DNA of 64,000 bases, from contig CAVTHO010000004.1 in assembly GCA_963734545.1 (NCBI GenBank), positions 576,001 to 640,000 on the forward strand, in the 5' to 3' direction. The DNA comes from an uncultured Spirochaetota bacterium (lineage in GTDB: Bacteria > Spirochaetota > Spirochaetia > SZUA-6 > Fen-1364). The notes beneath the pieces were generated by a model. It searched no databases, had not been told where the DNA came from, and was given only the letters and a program-made list of their open reading frames with translations. Made by a program: the position numbers and the translations under genes. Positions 47,766-57,372 of the stretch are shown piece by piece (positions within the stretch are counted from its first letter, which is position 1; each line of letters starts with the position of its first letter).

Positions 47766-48797
47766 TCAGGGCAGCCGGTTGAACCACAGCAGAGAGAGCG
47801 TACCGGCGAGCAGGAGCAGCGCTATTGCGATTGCCGTAAACAGCGCGGTGACCTCGGTCTGGTCCTTCCCCACGATGAGGCGGGTGCTCAGGGATTTGTA
47901 GATTTTTATCAGGTCCCCGGCGTCGTTCGCCTTGAAATACTGCCCGCCCGTGTTCTGCGCAATTCTCTTCAGGCTCGCCTCGTCGAGTCCCACACGGAAC
48001 GAGCGGCCTTCGAAGCCGATGACGTCTCCCCGCGCGCTTCCCAGCCCCACGGTGAATATGCGGATTCCCCGGTTGGCCGCTTTCTCCGCCGCGTCCAGCG
48101 GATCGGGTCCCTGGTTGTTCTGTCCGTCGCTGAGCAGGACGATGACCGCGGAATTGTTCGAACCGGGCGCAACCGGATCCGGTTCAGGCGGTGACGGCGG
48201 TGCCGGCAGCAGCGGATCACTCGGAGCCGACAGGGAGGCAGGGGTCTGACCTGGCTGCTCATCCTCCAGAATGGCGTCCAAGGCGACGAGGATCCCGCTT
48301 CCGATGGCCGTTCCCCGCTGGAGCATGAGACGCTCGATCGCGCCGCGTATGTCCTCCCGGGCGGTGGTCGGTGCCTGTACCAGTGCCGCTGTCCCGCTGA
48401 AAGCGGCGACCCCGATCCGCACCCGGGGCGGCTGCTTGTTTACGAATTCGAGCGCCGCCTGTTTTGCCGCCTCCATCCGGGTCGGCTTGATGTCCTGCGC
48501 GCGCATGCTTCCCGAGATGTCCATGGCAAGGATCACCGTGCCCCTGTTCGAGGGCAGGGAGATGGTGGCAAGCGGGCGCGCCAACGCGAAGATCATGACT
48601 GTCAGCGAGACCAGGAAAAGCAGGGCCGGGATGTGCCGGCGAAAGCCGGGGCCCCGGCCAAGGGCATCCTTCACGAGCATCAGGCTCGCATAGCGGATTG
48701 CGAACTTCTGCCGGCGTCTCTGCGCCCAGAGGTAGAAAAGAACGAGCACCGGCACGAGCAGCAGGAACCAGAGCATCGAGGTCCATTGAAATGTCAT
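47766..48797 (-). CDS. BatA-like VWA-domain membrane protein
   Basis: MIDAS DISGSM, TAIG, LLSDG; N- and C-terminal TM helices. Confidence 0.9.
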   Translation of the reverse strand: MTFQWTSMLWFLLLVPVLVLFYLWAQRRRQKFAIRYASLMLVKDALGRGPGFRRHIPALLFLVSLTVMIFALARPLATISLPSNRGTVILAMDISGSMRAQDIKPTRMEAAKQAALEFVNKQPPRVRIGVAAFSGTAALVQAPTTAREDIRGAIERLMLQRGTAIGSGILVALDAILEDEQPGQTPASLSAPSDPLLPAPPSPPEPDPVAPGSNNSAVIVLLSDGQNNQGPDPLDAAEKAANRGIRIFTVGLGSARGDVIGFEGRSFRVGLDEASLKRIAQNTGGQYFKANDAGDLIKIYKSLSTRLIVGKDQTEVTALFTAIAIALLLLAGTLSLLWFNRLP

Positions 48798-49726
48798 GAC
48801 ACTTCCCGCAGGCCGTGCGCGGCACGGGAGGCCGGTGCCGCGCGGCGCTGTTTGCGCTCAATGGCGAACCGGACGATTTCCCTCGCCATGTCGCCCTCCG
48901 TGGACAATGAGAGGAGCTCGACGCCCCGACGGGCGAGCAGGCTGTCGAGCTCCTCACGCCTCTTGCGGGCGGCCGCGGCGAACCGCCTCCTGAAACCGTG
49001 GTCGTGCGTGTCGAGGAAGAGCTGCTCGCCCGTTTCCGCGTCCTCGAACACGATGGCGCCCACGTCCGGGAGCTCCGACTCCCGCGGGTCGGAGAGCCGC
49101 ACCCCGAGGATCTCGTGTCTGCGGGTGAGCATGTCCAGCGGCTTGTCCCAGCCCGTCACGCTGAGAAAGTCGGACACGACGAACAGCAGGGAACGCCGGC
49201 CGATGATGCGGAGGGCCGATTCGAGGAGCAGGGAGAGGTCGGTCTGGGGCGCGCGCTGAAGCCGGGGCTGACCCTGAAGCTCCTGGATGAGGCGCAGGAC
49301 ATGGGTCCGCCCGCCCCGCGCGGGAATGGTGCGCGCGGGCGCGCCGCTGAAGATCAGCGCCCCTACCCGGTTTCCGTGCCGCGTGAGCAGCCGCGCAAGG
49401 ACGCCGACGAAGTCGACGAGCAGCTTCCTCTTGTCCGTGGCAACCGTGCCGAAGTCCACCGAGGGGCTCATGTCGAGGAGGAACCACGCGGTGACCTCCC
49501 TGTCCTCCATGTACTGCCGCACGTAGGGGGTCTGCAGCCGCGCTGTCACGTACCAGTCGATCGTCCGCACGTCGTCGGTGAGCTGGTATTCGCGCAGGTC
49601 CGCCAGCTCGAGCCCGAAGCCGCGGAACAAGGTCCGATAGTTGCCCTGCAGGATCCCGTCGAGCCGGCGGATCACCGTCCAGTCCAGCCGCTGGAGAATC
49701 CTCTCGGGGTCAGAGGGCTGCGGCAT
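48794..49726 (-). CDS. DUF58-domain protein
   Basis: LREYQLTDDVRTIDWYVTAR, VSDF; lies in a MoxR operon. Confidence 0.9.
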   Translation of the reverse strand: MPQPSDPERILQRLDWTVIRRLDGILQGNYRTLFRGFGLELADLREYQLTDDVRTIDWYVTARLQTPYVRQYMEDREVTAWFLLDMSPSVDFGTVATDKRKLLVDFVGVLARLLTRHGNRVGALIFSGAPARTIPARGGRTHVLRLIQELQGQPRLQRAPQTDLSLLLESALRIIGRRSLLFVVSDFLSVTGWDKPLDMLTRRHEILGVRLSDPRESELPDVGAIVFEDAETGEQLFLDTHDHGFRRRFAAAARKRREELDSLLARRGVELLSLSTEGDMAREIVRFAIERKQRRAAPASRAAHGLREVS

Positions 49727-50729
49727 GACTCTGCAGCGCCTGGGCGGGTGCGGGAACCGCCTGCATCACCTTCTGGATGATCGCATCGGTGCTCACCCCG
49801 TCGGAGAGGGCCTCGTAGGACGGGATGATGCGATGACGCATCACGTCGTGCACCATGTCGACGATGTCCTGGGGAATGACGTACGATCTCCCGCGCACGA
49901 AGGCCAGCGCGCGTCCGGCAATGACGAGATTGATCGAGGCGCGGGGGCTCGCGCCGTATACGATGTACTTCGCCACTTCCGGCACTCCATGCCTGTCCGG
50001 GCTGCGCGTGGCGGCGGCAAGCCGCACGGCGTACTGCACGAGCAGGGGGTCCACGAACACGCCCTCGCAGGCCTGGCGGAGCTGCAGGATCTGCTCGGTG
50101 GTCACGACCGCGGCCGGCTGGGCCAGCGCGGTCGTCATCCTCTGCACGATGACGAACTCCTCCGGCTCGCTGGGGTAGTCCACGAGGACTTTCATCATGA
50201 AGCGATCGACCTGCGCCTCGGGAAGCGGATAGGTCCCGTCCGTCTCGATGGGGTTCTGCGTTGCCATGACGAGGAAGGGTTCCGCGACCTTGAACGTCTC
50301 CCCGCCGATGGTCACCTGGCGCTCCTGCATGACCTCCAGGAGCGCGCTCTGCACCTTGGCAGGGGCGCGATTGATCTCGTCAGCGAGGAGCAGGTTGGCG
50401 AAAACGGGACCGAGGGACGTGCTGAACTCACCGGTCCGCTGATTGTAGATGCGTGTGCCCACCAGGTCCGCGGGAACGAGATCCGGTGTGAACTGGATCC
50501 TCTTGAATACCCCGTTCATCGCCGACGCGAGGGTCTTGACCGTCAGGGTCTTTGCCAGTCCCGGCACGCCCTCCACGAGCAGGTGGCCTTGAGAAAGGAG
50601 CGCGACGAGCACGCGCTCCAGAAGGTGGTCCTGCCCGACGATCACCTTCTTCACCTCGTAGAGTATCTTCTCCATGAGCTGTGCCTGCTCGAGGTAAGCT
50701 CCTTCCGCCCCAATGTGCATGCTTTCCAT
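49710..50729 (-). CDS. MoxR-family AAA+ ATPase
   Basis: GVPGLAKT, RIQFTPDLVPAD, LLADEINRA, ATQNP, YPLPEAQVDRF. Alternative start at 50674. Confidence 0.93.
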   Translation of the reverse strand: MESMHIGAEGAYLEQAQLMEKILYEVKKVIVGQDHLLERVLVALLSQGHLLVEGVPGLAKTLTVKTLASAMNGVFKRIQFTPDLVPADLVGTRIYNQRTGEFSTSLGPVFANLLLADEINRAPAKVQSALLEVMQERQVTIGGETFKVAEPFLVMATQNPIETDGTYPLPEAQVDRFMMKVLVDYPSEPEEFVIVQRMTTALAQPAAVVTTEQILQLRQACEGVFVDPLLVQYAVRLAAATRSPDRHGVPEVAKYIVYGASPRASINLVIAGRALAFVRGRSYVIPQDIVDMVHDVMRHRIIPSYEALSDGVSTDAIIQKVMQAVPAPAQALQSHAAAL

Positions 50730-50761
50730 AATGGTTCTCCCTTTCGCGGTACTCCGTGAAG

Positions 50762-51613
50762 CTAAACGGGGGGTGAGCCGACCACGCCGCCCGCCGTGTC
50801 GATGGGGACGGCGAAGCCGATCCCGATGAATACGTCCTGGTTTGTCGGATTCAAGAGCGATGTGACGATGCCCACCACTTCCCCGTTCCTGTTGACCAGA
50901 GGCCCCCCGGAGTTGCCGGGGTTCACCGCGGCATCGAACTGGATGAGGTTTTTCAGCGTGGCCCCTGTCTCACGGGAGGTGTACTGCCTGCCCAGGCCGG
51001 AGACGACACCGTCGGAGGTCGAAAAGAAGACCCCGAACGGGTTGCCCACCGCGATCACCTCGTCCCCGACGTGCAGGGAGGCCGAGCTCACGAGGGTCGC
51101 GGGCTTCAGGTCATCCGGCACCTTCATGGCGCTCAGCACCGCAAGGTCGTTCTCCGGCTGCCGCACCATCACCTGCGCATCCGACTCCGTGCCGTCCGCG
51201 AACACGACCTTCACCGAGGCGGCGTCCTTCACGACGTGAAGGCAGGTCAGGATGATGCCCGTGTCCACGACCACGACGCCGGCGCCCAGCGACGCGCGGG
51301 GCTTCCCGTCTCCGGGCACGACGGCCTCCACCGCCACGACGGACGGCAGAATGACGTCATAGGCGACCGAGGCATTCGAGGGTTTGGGCGGCGCGTTCTC
51401 GAGAGAGCGGTCCACCGCCGCGTCGATGTCTCTCTGGGTGAGTCGTTGCGGGACCGGCCGGAGCGCGTTGTAGACGAGGAGGGCAACGAGCGTGATGATG
51501 ATCTGGGCGGCTATGAGGAAAAGCGTCCGATGGCCCTGGTACGCGCCCCTGAGCCATTGACGGACAAGCTGCCAGTCTGAAGGCGGGCTCGCCTTAGGAT
51601 CTTCTATATACAC
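50762..51613 (-). CDS. Trypsin-like (S1C/HtrA-type, no PDZ) membrane-anchored serine protease
   Basis: Triad motifs TCLHVV, NDLAV, NPGNSGGPL. Confidence 0.88.
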   Translation of the reverse strand: MYIEDPKASPPSDWQLVRQWLRGAYQGHRTLFLIAAQIIITLVALLVYNALRPVPQRLTQRDIDAAVDRSLENAPPKPSNASVAYDVILPSVVAVEAVVPGDGKPRASLGAGVVVVDTGIILTCLHVVKDAASVKVVFADGTESDAQVMVRQPENDLAVLSAMKVPDDLKPATLVSSASLHVGDEVIAVGNPFGVFFSTSDGVVSGLGRQYTSRETGATLKNLIQFDAAVNPGNSGGPLVNRNGEVVGIVTSLLNPTNQDVFIGIGFAVPIDTAGGVVGSPPV

Positions 51614-51666
51614 AGATGAAGATACTGCGATGCGGCGGCCGGGGGAAATAATATCCGGTTATCTTC

Positions 51667-54000
51667 TCAGAAGCGCACGCCCAGGCCCAGCATCACAGTG
51701 GGCTGAAATACCGTCTTGGAGGGATTGGCGCCGCTGATTCCGTCGGAGAGATAGGGGACCAGGACGCGGACGGCCGTGCCCGCTGTCAATGACACGCCGC
51801 CAAAAAGCTCCAGCCCGATCGCGGCGCGCAGGCGGGGAAACAACGCGCCGACCGTGGAGGCGCCGAGGTCCGGGAATCCCAGTCGCTCAGTCACCATGGA
51901 AAGCTCGTAGTCCAGGTAGAAGGGATTGATACTGGAGCGTCCTCCCAGCCCCAGGCCAAGGGACCAGAGCGAAGGGTCAGGCCCCGGCTTCCACCCCACG
52001 CTGAAAATGGTGTACAGATACCGGGTGCCGAGGGACAGCGCCGCCGTGGTCGTCCCTGCCATGTCCACCCACAGGTCCACACTGTGGTGTCCCTTGGCCT
52101 CGATGGAAACCAGGCCGACAGGGACCCCCTCGATCTCCTCGGAAATGTTGAGCACGCCGACCTGCGTGCCGGAAACGTGCCGGGCGATGTTGACGACGCC
52201 GACCTGCGCGCCGCTGACTGTATCCGCCACGTTCACAACGCTGATCTGGGGGCCCGTCAGGGTCCGGCCCCAGTTGAATACGCCGGCCACCTGGGCGCCG
52301 CTCACATCGACCCCTGCCCAGTTGAAAAGTCCCGCCACCTGCGCGCCCCGTGCCGCGCCGAGGGACACGTTGCCCAGCCCGGCAAGCTGCGCGCCGTTGA
52401 GGCCGCCGCTGACATTGACCAGCCCCGCTGCCTGGACGTACCGGGCTTCGCCGCCAAGGTAGTTGACCAATCCCGCTGCCTGGAAGCCGTTGAGCCTGCC
52501 CAGGACGACGTTTGCAAGACCGGCACCCTGAAAACCGGTCACGTCATGGGATTCGAGGTTTGCCAGTCCGCCGATCTCGAATCCGCGCGAGTAGGATGAC
52601 GAGCCGATCAGGAGGTTGATCCCCACGACATGATCGGCGCTCGAGGAGAAGAGCCCGTTCGACACGTCCGGCAGCAGGCTAAAGGCGATCGGGCTTGGCC
52701 GCGGAGGGCCGCTCGCCCGGGGGGCTGGTTCGGACCCGTCCGCCGGAGCTTCCTCTGCCGGCGGGCCGACCTGCTGGGTGGACGGGCCGATAGAGGTCGC
52801 TGCCGCAGCCGCCGAGATGGCAGCGCCGACTGCTCCGCCGATGGCGGCACCGACCGCGGCGCCTATGGCCGCCCCCGGTTCTGTTCGCGTGACCACGGGC
52901 GGCATGCCCTGGTCGTAGGGCGGCTGGCTCCCGGCCTGATCGCCGCGGGCCGTGGCTTTGTCCAGCGGCACGGCGCGCAGCATGGCCATGGTAAGAGTGC
53001 CGCGCTGCCGCGTCGTGACACGCACGTCCCCCGCAAAACGAGCCCCCTTCTTGTCGAGCACGACGGAGTAGACACCGGGCTCGAGACCCAGCTCCGTTTT
53101 CTGGCCTTCCACCTTGTTCAGCTCGACGGCGAGCGTGCCTTGATCGTCGCGGAAGTACAGTCTCCCCCCGATGTTTTCCGCCACGGTGAGCCCCGCGGCG
53201 GAAGACCTCAGGTCGGTGAGCACGAGGTCACCCGATCCTGTCAGGTTAATGTCATACGCGGCATGCTGGGGCCCGTACTCGGTCTTTTCCGTTGAAGCGA
53301 GGGTTTCCTGGAAAGCATAGGCATAGGCCTCGTTGAGGGTCACGACTCCGTCCCCTGCCGTGTCCGCGGCGCCGCGCAGACCCGATATCAGGTAGTGCGT
53401 GAAGAAGGACGCGCCGATCCTGTCCGATTCCTGCGCCGCCTCCTCTGCCGAGGCCGAGGTGAGGTACGCGTGCCCCGTCATGTCCGAGGAGGCGTCGAAA
53501 AGGAACGCGGGACGCGCAACGCCTCCCTTTGCGCGCGTGAGGGACCCTGATGAGCACGAGTCGAGGATGGCCACCTTGACGTCCGCCGGTATGTCGTTGA
53601 TGTCGCGTCGAAACTGCTCCCACGTGTAGCGGTCCTTGCCCAGTATGAGCCCGTCGTCGTCGGAATGGCCCGAATAGTAAATGACGAGCTCGCGGCGTTC
53701 ATCCATCTCCCTCGGGGATTTGACCATCTGGCCAACCCTTCCCAGGGCATCCTCGAAGCGTGAGAGGTCGGGGCTCAAGGTCAGGACCAGGTCCTGCGCG
53801 CGGACACCGCCCAGGTCCTGGAGCACGGCCGCAAAGGACCGCGCATCTGTTTCCGCGTATTTCAGACGGATGAGGTTTTCACCGCCATAGTTGGAGCCGA
53901 CGACCATTGCGAAACGCCGGAGGGGCACCGGCGAGTCGGCTCCCACAGCCCAGGCGACGGAGCCGAGCAGGAGGATGAATAACGCGCGCTTCACATTCAT
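51667..54000 (-). CDS. Exported caspase-family (peptidase C14) protein with GxQxAGLxN repeats and a C-terminal beta-rich domain
   Basis: Signal peptide; His/Cys dyad in YYSGHS and ILDSCSSG; about 9 repeats of roughly 15 aa; terminal Phe. Confidence 0.85.
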   Translation of the reverse strand: MNVKRALFILLLGSVAWAVGADSPVPLRRFAMVVGSNYGGENLIRLKYAETDARSFAAVLQDLGGVRAQDLVLTLSPDLSRFEDALGRVGQMVKSPREMDERRELVIYYSGHSDDDGLILGKDRYTWEQFRRDINDIPADVKVAILDSCSSGSLTRAKGGVARPAFLFDASSDMTGHAYLTSASAEEAAQESDRIGASFFTHYLISGLRGAADTAGDGVVTLNEAYAYAFQETLASTEKTEYGPQHAAYDINLTGSGDLVLTDLRSSAAGLTVAENIGGRLYFRDDQGTLAVELNKVEGQKTELGLEPGVYSVVLDKKGARFAGDVRVTTRQRGTLTMAMLRAVPLDKATARGDQAGSQPPYDQGMPPVVTRTEPGAAIGAAVGAAIGGAVGAAISAAAAATSIGPSTQQVGPPAEEAPADGSEPAPRASGPPRPSPIAFSLLPDVSNGLFSSSADHVVGINLLIGSSSYSRGFEIGGLANLESHDVTGFQGAGLANVVLGRLNGFQAAGLVNYLGGEARYVQAAGLVNVSGGLNGAQLAGLGNVSLGAARGAQVAGLFNWAGVDVSGAQVAGVFNWGRTLTGPQISVVNVADTVSGAQVGVVNIARHVSGTQVGVLNISEEIEGVPVGLVSIEAKGHHSVDLWVDMAGTTTAALSLGTRYLYTIFSVGWKPGPDPSLWSLGLGLGGRSSINPFYLDYELSMVTERLGFPDLGASTVGALFPRLRAAIGLELFGGVSLTAGTAVRVLVPYLSDGISGANPSKTVFQPTVMLGLGVRF

Positions 54001-54011
54001 GACCGCAATCC

Positions 54012-54800
54012 CTACTTCTTCACGAGAAGCGAGTACTGTCCCAGGCCGCCGGGAAGACCAAGGCCCTCCCGCTCAGCGGCCCCGGGTCGGGCGGCCAGGG
54101 CACGCGCTGCCCGGTCCACGTCTCCGACCTCGAAGGGAGAAGCCGCATACACAAGAAAGAATCGCTCGAACCGGGGGGCATCGTCCAGCTCATACGCGGA
54201 CGGAAGGACCACCTGGCCCTGCAGGTCCAGGGGAGGCGCGGCGCGGGACCCTCCCCGATAGCCCGCCGGCACGTGCCACGTGACGGCGCCTCGGCCGTCC
54301 ACGGAGAGAATGACCCCGTATTTGGCCTCTCCCGCCGTGTAGCTGATCTGCAGGACATCGGCCCGCCGGGCCGACGCGCCGGGGCGCAGCTCCTCCGCGC
54401 CGCCGGCGGGCGTCTTGCGGAAAAGATTGAGATGCGTCGTGAGGCCCTTGAGCCTCGTCTCATTCGGGACGATCCGCTCCCGGACCACGACGAGAGAAAG
54501 GACAAGAATCACCATTGCGGCGGCCGGCAGCGCCCAAGCCATGGTCTGCGCCCTGCGCGGCCGCGCCGCCCTTCCGCCCGCCTGGAGCAGTCTCTCCTTG
54601 ATTGCAGGCACGATGCGTTCCGCCGGATAGTCCGCCATGATCTCCCGGTTGGACTGGGTGATCGCGGCCAGTCTCTCTCTCAGTGTTTCGTCTCGCTCCA
54701 GCTCGTCGCGCACCATCCGCTCCTGGCCCGAAGAGAGCTCCCCTAGAATATACTGCTCCAGCAGCAGGTCCGATACAGTCTGTTTCTGCGGCATCTTCAT
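54012..54800 (-). CDS. Putative anti-sigma factor (ActD-like), single TM with extracytoplasmic domain
   Basis: ATG at 54800 overlaps the sigma stop. N-terminal LLEQYILGEL anti-sigma-like helix, TM, RLKG, SAYELDDAP. Confidence 0.7.
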   Translation of the reverse strand: MKMPQKQTVSDLLLEQYILGELSSGQERMVRDELERDETLRERLAAITQSNREIMADYPAERIVPAIKERLLQAGGRAARPRRAQTMAWALPAAAMVILVLSLVVVRERIVPNETRLKGLTTHLNLFRKTPAGGAEELRPGASARRADVLQISYTAGEAKYGVILSVDGRGAVTWHVPAGYRGGSRAAPPLDLQGQVVLPSAYELDDAPRFERFFLVYAASPFEVGDVDRAARALAARPGAAEREGLGLPGGLGQYSLLVKK

Positions 54801-55276
54801 GCCTCCTCCAGAGCGCGAGTGCGCTCCTTGAGCTGGCGCAGGCGCTTGCGCACCCCGGACACGGACAGGCCGACGTGGCCCGCCACCTCTTCGAGCGTCA
54901 TGCCGTCCACGTAGTGCATCACCGCCATGGTGCGCGTCGAGGCGCGCTCCCGCCCGAAGATGCGATCCAGGACGTGCCGGTCGAGGGCCCTCGACTCCAC
55001 GTCCTCGGCGGATGCGATGCGCTCCAGGGCTGCTTCCCCCGCCGACTGCGGGCGCCTGCGCGCCGTGCGCATCATGTTCAGGCAGACATTTGTGGCGATA
55101 GTGTAGAGCATGCTCGACGGTGCCTTGTCCGTGAGCCTTTCCTGGAAGCGCAGAAGCTTCACAAAGGTCTCCTGGGCGGCATCCATTGCCTGTTCCTCGT
55201 CGACGAGAAGGGCACGGCATCTGCGCAGGACCATGGGTCCGTACTTCCTGTAGAGGGCATCGACGTCCAGCGCCAC
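54797..55276 (-). CDS. ECF-family RNA polymerase sigma factor
   Basis: DAAQETFVK and LYTIATNVCLN (region 2); GMTLEEVA...SVSGVRKRL (region 4). GTG start at 55276. Confidence 0.9.
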   Translation of the reverse strand: MALDVDALYRKYGPMVLRRCRALLVDEEQAMDAAQETFVKLLRFQERLTDKAPSSMLYTIATNVCLNMMRTARRRPQSAGEAALERIASAEDVESRALDRHVLDRIFGRERASTRTMAVMHYVDGMTLEEVAGHVGLSVSGVRKRLRQLKERTRALEEA

Positions 55277-55385
55277 CAGCTTCTCCCGCTCATCACAGAC
55301 TATAACACGGAAAACTCCGCGGAGTGACACCCTCCAAAAAACGGGGTGTTGTACTCATATGATATCCCACAGAGGAGGCATTCTG

Positions 55386-55976
55386 ATGAAATCCACGTTC
55401 CTCGTCCTTGTGCTGGCGCTGACGGCACTCGGCATGCCGTGTGATGCGGGCGCCGTGCGCCTGACGGGAAATGTCTCAGCCGACTTTCTCGGGGGCAATT
55501 CCGGCCAGCAAATCATAAACACATTCACGGTAGGTGACCAGCCTTTTTTCTGGGGCTTTGGATGGGAAGTGATCATCGACCGGTTCGGGTTCGGGGGCGA
55601 CTATATGGTGAGCTTCTATCGCGATGCCGCCGAGCAATGGTGGCTCGACTGGTACGCCCCTGCTCTCTTCGTGAGCTTCCACCCACTTGGCGGCAAATCC
55701 TTCCTGGATCCCTTCCTCCAGCTGGGCGTCGGCTGCTCCGGCCAGGTGTTTCTCGAGCCTCAGCGCATGCCCATGGGCCCGAGTCCCCGCCAGGACCTGT
55801 CACTTTCCCTCTTCCCGTTCGTGGGGGCAGGCCTTGCCTTCAATCTCGAGGGTTTCCTCCTGAGCGCAAAGGCGATCTACACCCCCTATTGGTCCCAGGT
55901 TCCGGTGACGGACATTCCGAGCTACCCTCTGGGCAAGTTCCAGGTGACGGTGAGCGCGGGAATCTCACTCGGCTGA
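55386..55976 (+). CDS. Exported hypothetical protein, probable small outer-membrane beta-barrel
   Basis: Signal peptide, alternating aromatic beta-strands, C-terminal VTVSAGISLG. Confidence 0.6.
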   Translation: MKSTFLVLVLALTALGMPCDAGAVRLTGNVSADFLGGNSGQQIINTFTVGDQPFFWGFGWEVIIDRFGFGGDYMVSFYRDAAEQWWLDWYAPALFVSFHPLGGKSFLDPFLQLGVGCSGQVFLEPQRMPMGPSPRQDLSLSLFPFVGAGLAFNLEGFLLSAKAIYTPYWSQVPVTDIPSYPLGKFQVTVSAGISLG

Positions 55977-56047
55977 AACCCGCAAGCTCGCGGATGAGTA
56001 AGACGAAGCAGCCGATTCTGTGCTAATTTGCCCGCCGGAGGCGAGGC

Positions 56048-57265
56048 ATGAAGCCGGCGGGCACATTTGTCGGATTTGGTTTCGGTCCCATACAGACCGG
56101 CCTGATGCTCTGTGAGGCTCTCGAATCGGGGAGCTTCGAACGGTTCGTCGTTGCCGAGGTGGACCAGGCCCTGGTGGACGCAGTCCGCGGGAACGGAGAC
56201 ACGGTTACCATCAACATCGCCGGAGAGACCGCGATACGCAGGATGAGTCTGCCCGGGGTCCGGCTTCTCAATCCCCGGGTCGGCGGGGACAGGAAGGAAA
56301 TCGTGGCTGCAATCGGGTCAGCCACGGAGCTTGCTACTGCAATTCCGAGCGTCGAGCTGTATGGGGCGGGAGGGGATGCGTCCGTGGCGGCCCTGCTCGC
56401 GGAGGGCGCCGCGGGCGGGCGCGCGCGCGTCCTCTACGCGGCGGAGAACAACAACTACGCGGCAGAAATTCTCATGCAGGAGATCGCGGGACGCGCGCCG
56501 CGCGCTGCTTTCCCGCACCTCCAGGCGCTGGATACGGTGATCGGGAAGATGAGCGGCCTGATCACGACCGTGGAGGAGATGCGGCAGCTCGGGCTCGCTC
56601 CCCTGGTACCGGGTCTCGACAAATGCGTGCTCGTTGAAGAGTTCAACCGGATCCTCATTTCGAGAATCACGCTGCCCGGATTCACGCGCGGCATCCGGGT
56701 GTTTGAGGAAAAGGACGACCTTATTCCCTTCGAGGAGGCAAAGCTCTACGGCCACAACGCCGTGCACGCCCTCTTGGGCTACCTGGCACGGCTGCGTGGA
56801 CACAGGTTCATGAGCAGCATCAGGGAGGACAGCGAGCTCCGGGCGCTCGGGCGCCGGGCGTTCCTCCAGGAATCGGGCGTCGCGATGGTCCGCCGGCACG
56901 GAGGGACCGGCGATCCGCTGTTCACGGCGGACGGCTGGGGGGCGTACGCCGAAGATCTCCTTCAACGGATGACCAACCCGTTCCTGCATGATGATGTGGA
57001 GCGGATCATCCGCGACCCCAGACGCAAGCTCGGATGGAGCGACCGATTCTTCGGAACGATGCGGGCGGCCCTGCAGGCCGGCATCCAGCCGCACTCCATG
57101 GCGCTGGGAGCGGCTGCGGCCGCCAGCGCGGCCGGCATCCCTCCCGGAAAAACGAGGGAGCACCTGGTGGCGCTGTGGGGCAGCGAGGCAGCGGGAGAAG
57201 AGCGCGAGGCATGTCTCTCCCTCGTGGAGGACGCGATGACCCGACTTGCCTCCTGGCGCGCGTGA
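56048..57265 (+). CDS. Mannitol-1-phosphate 5-dehydrogenase-like (polyol dehydrogenase family)
   Basis: GFGFGPI Rossmann start, AAENN, EAKLYGHNAVH, RMTNPFLHDDVERIIRDPRRKL. Confidence 0.75.
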   Translation: MKPAGTFVGFGFGPIQTGLMLCEALESGSFERFVVAEVDQALVDAVRGNGDTVTINIAGETAIRRMSLPGVRLLNPRVGGDRKEIVAAIGSATELATAIPSVELYGAGGDASVAALLAEGAAGGRARVLYAAENNNYAAEILMQEIAGRAPRAAFPHLQALDTVIGKMSGLITTVEEMRQLGLAPLVPGLDKCVLVEEFNRILISRITLPGFTRGIRVFEEKDDLIPFEEAKLYGHNAVHALLGYLARLRGHRFMSSIREDSELRALGRRAFLQESGVAMVRRHGGTGDPLFTADGWGAYAEDLLQRMTNPFLHDDVERIIRDPRRKLGWSDRFFGTMRAALQAGIQPHSMALGAAAAASAAGIPPGKTREHLVALWGSEAAGEEREACLSLVEDAMTRLASWRA

Positions 57266-57372
57266 CAGCCCCGGCAGGCTCAGACGCGGCCTGTCGAAAT
57301 GCCACGGGCCGCGCACACGCGGTTCCGTGGCCGCCTTGACCGCACCTGCCGCCCCTCCTACTATCACCGGCG

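Noticed and set aside
54801-55220. N-terminal extension of the 402-aa ORF 54012-55220
   Set aside because: It overlaps the ECF sigma gene in another frame; the real start is ATG 54800 after GGAGG.
57301-57332. GC-rich hairpin upstream of pyk as a riboswitch
   Set aside because: It lies upstream of the predicted pyk promoter, so it is more likely a 3' hairpin of the preceding gene.
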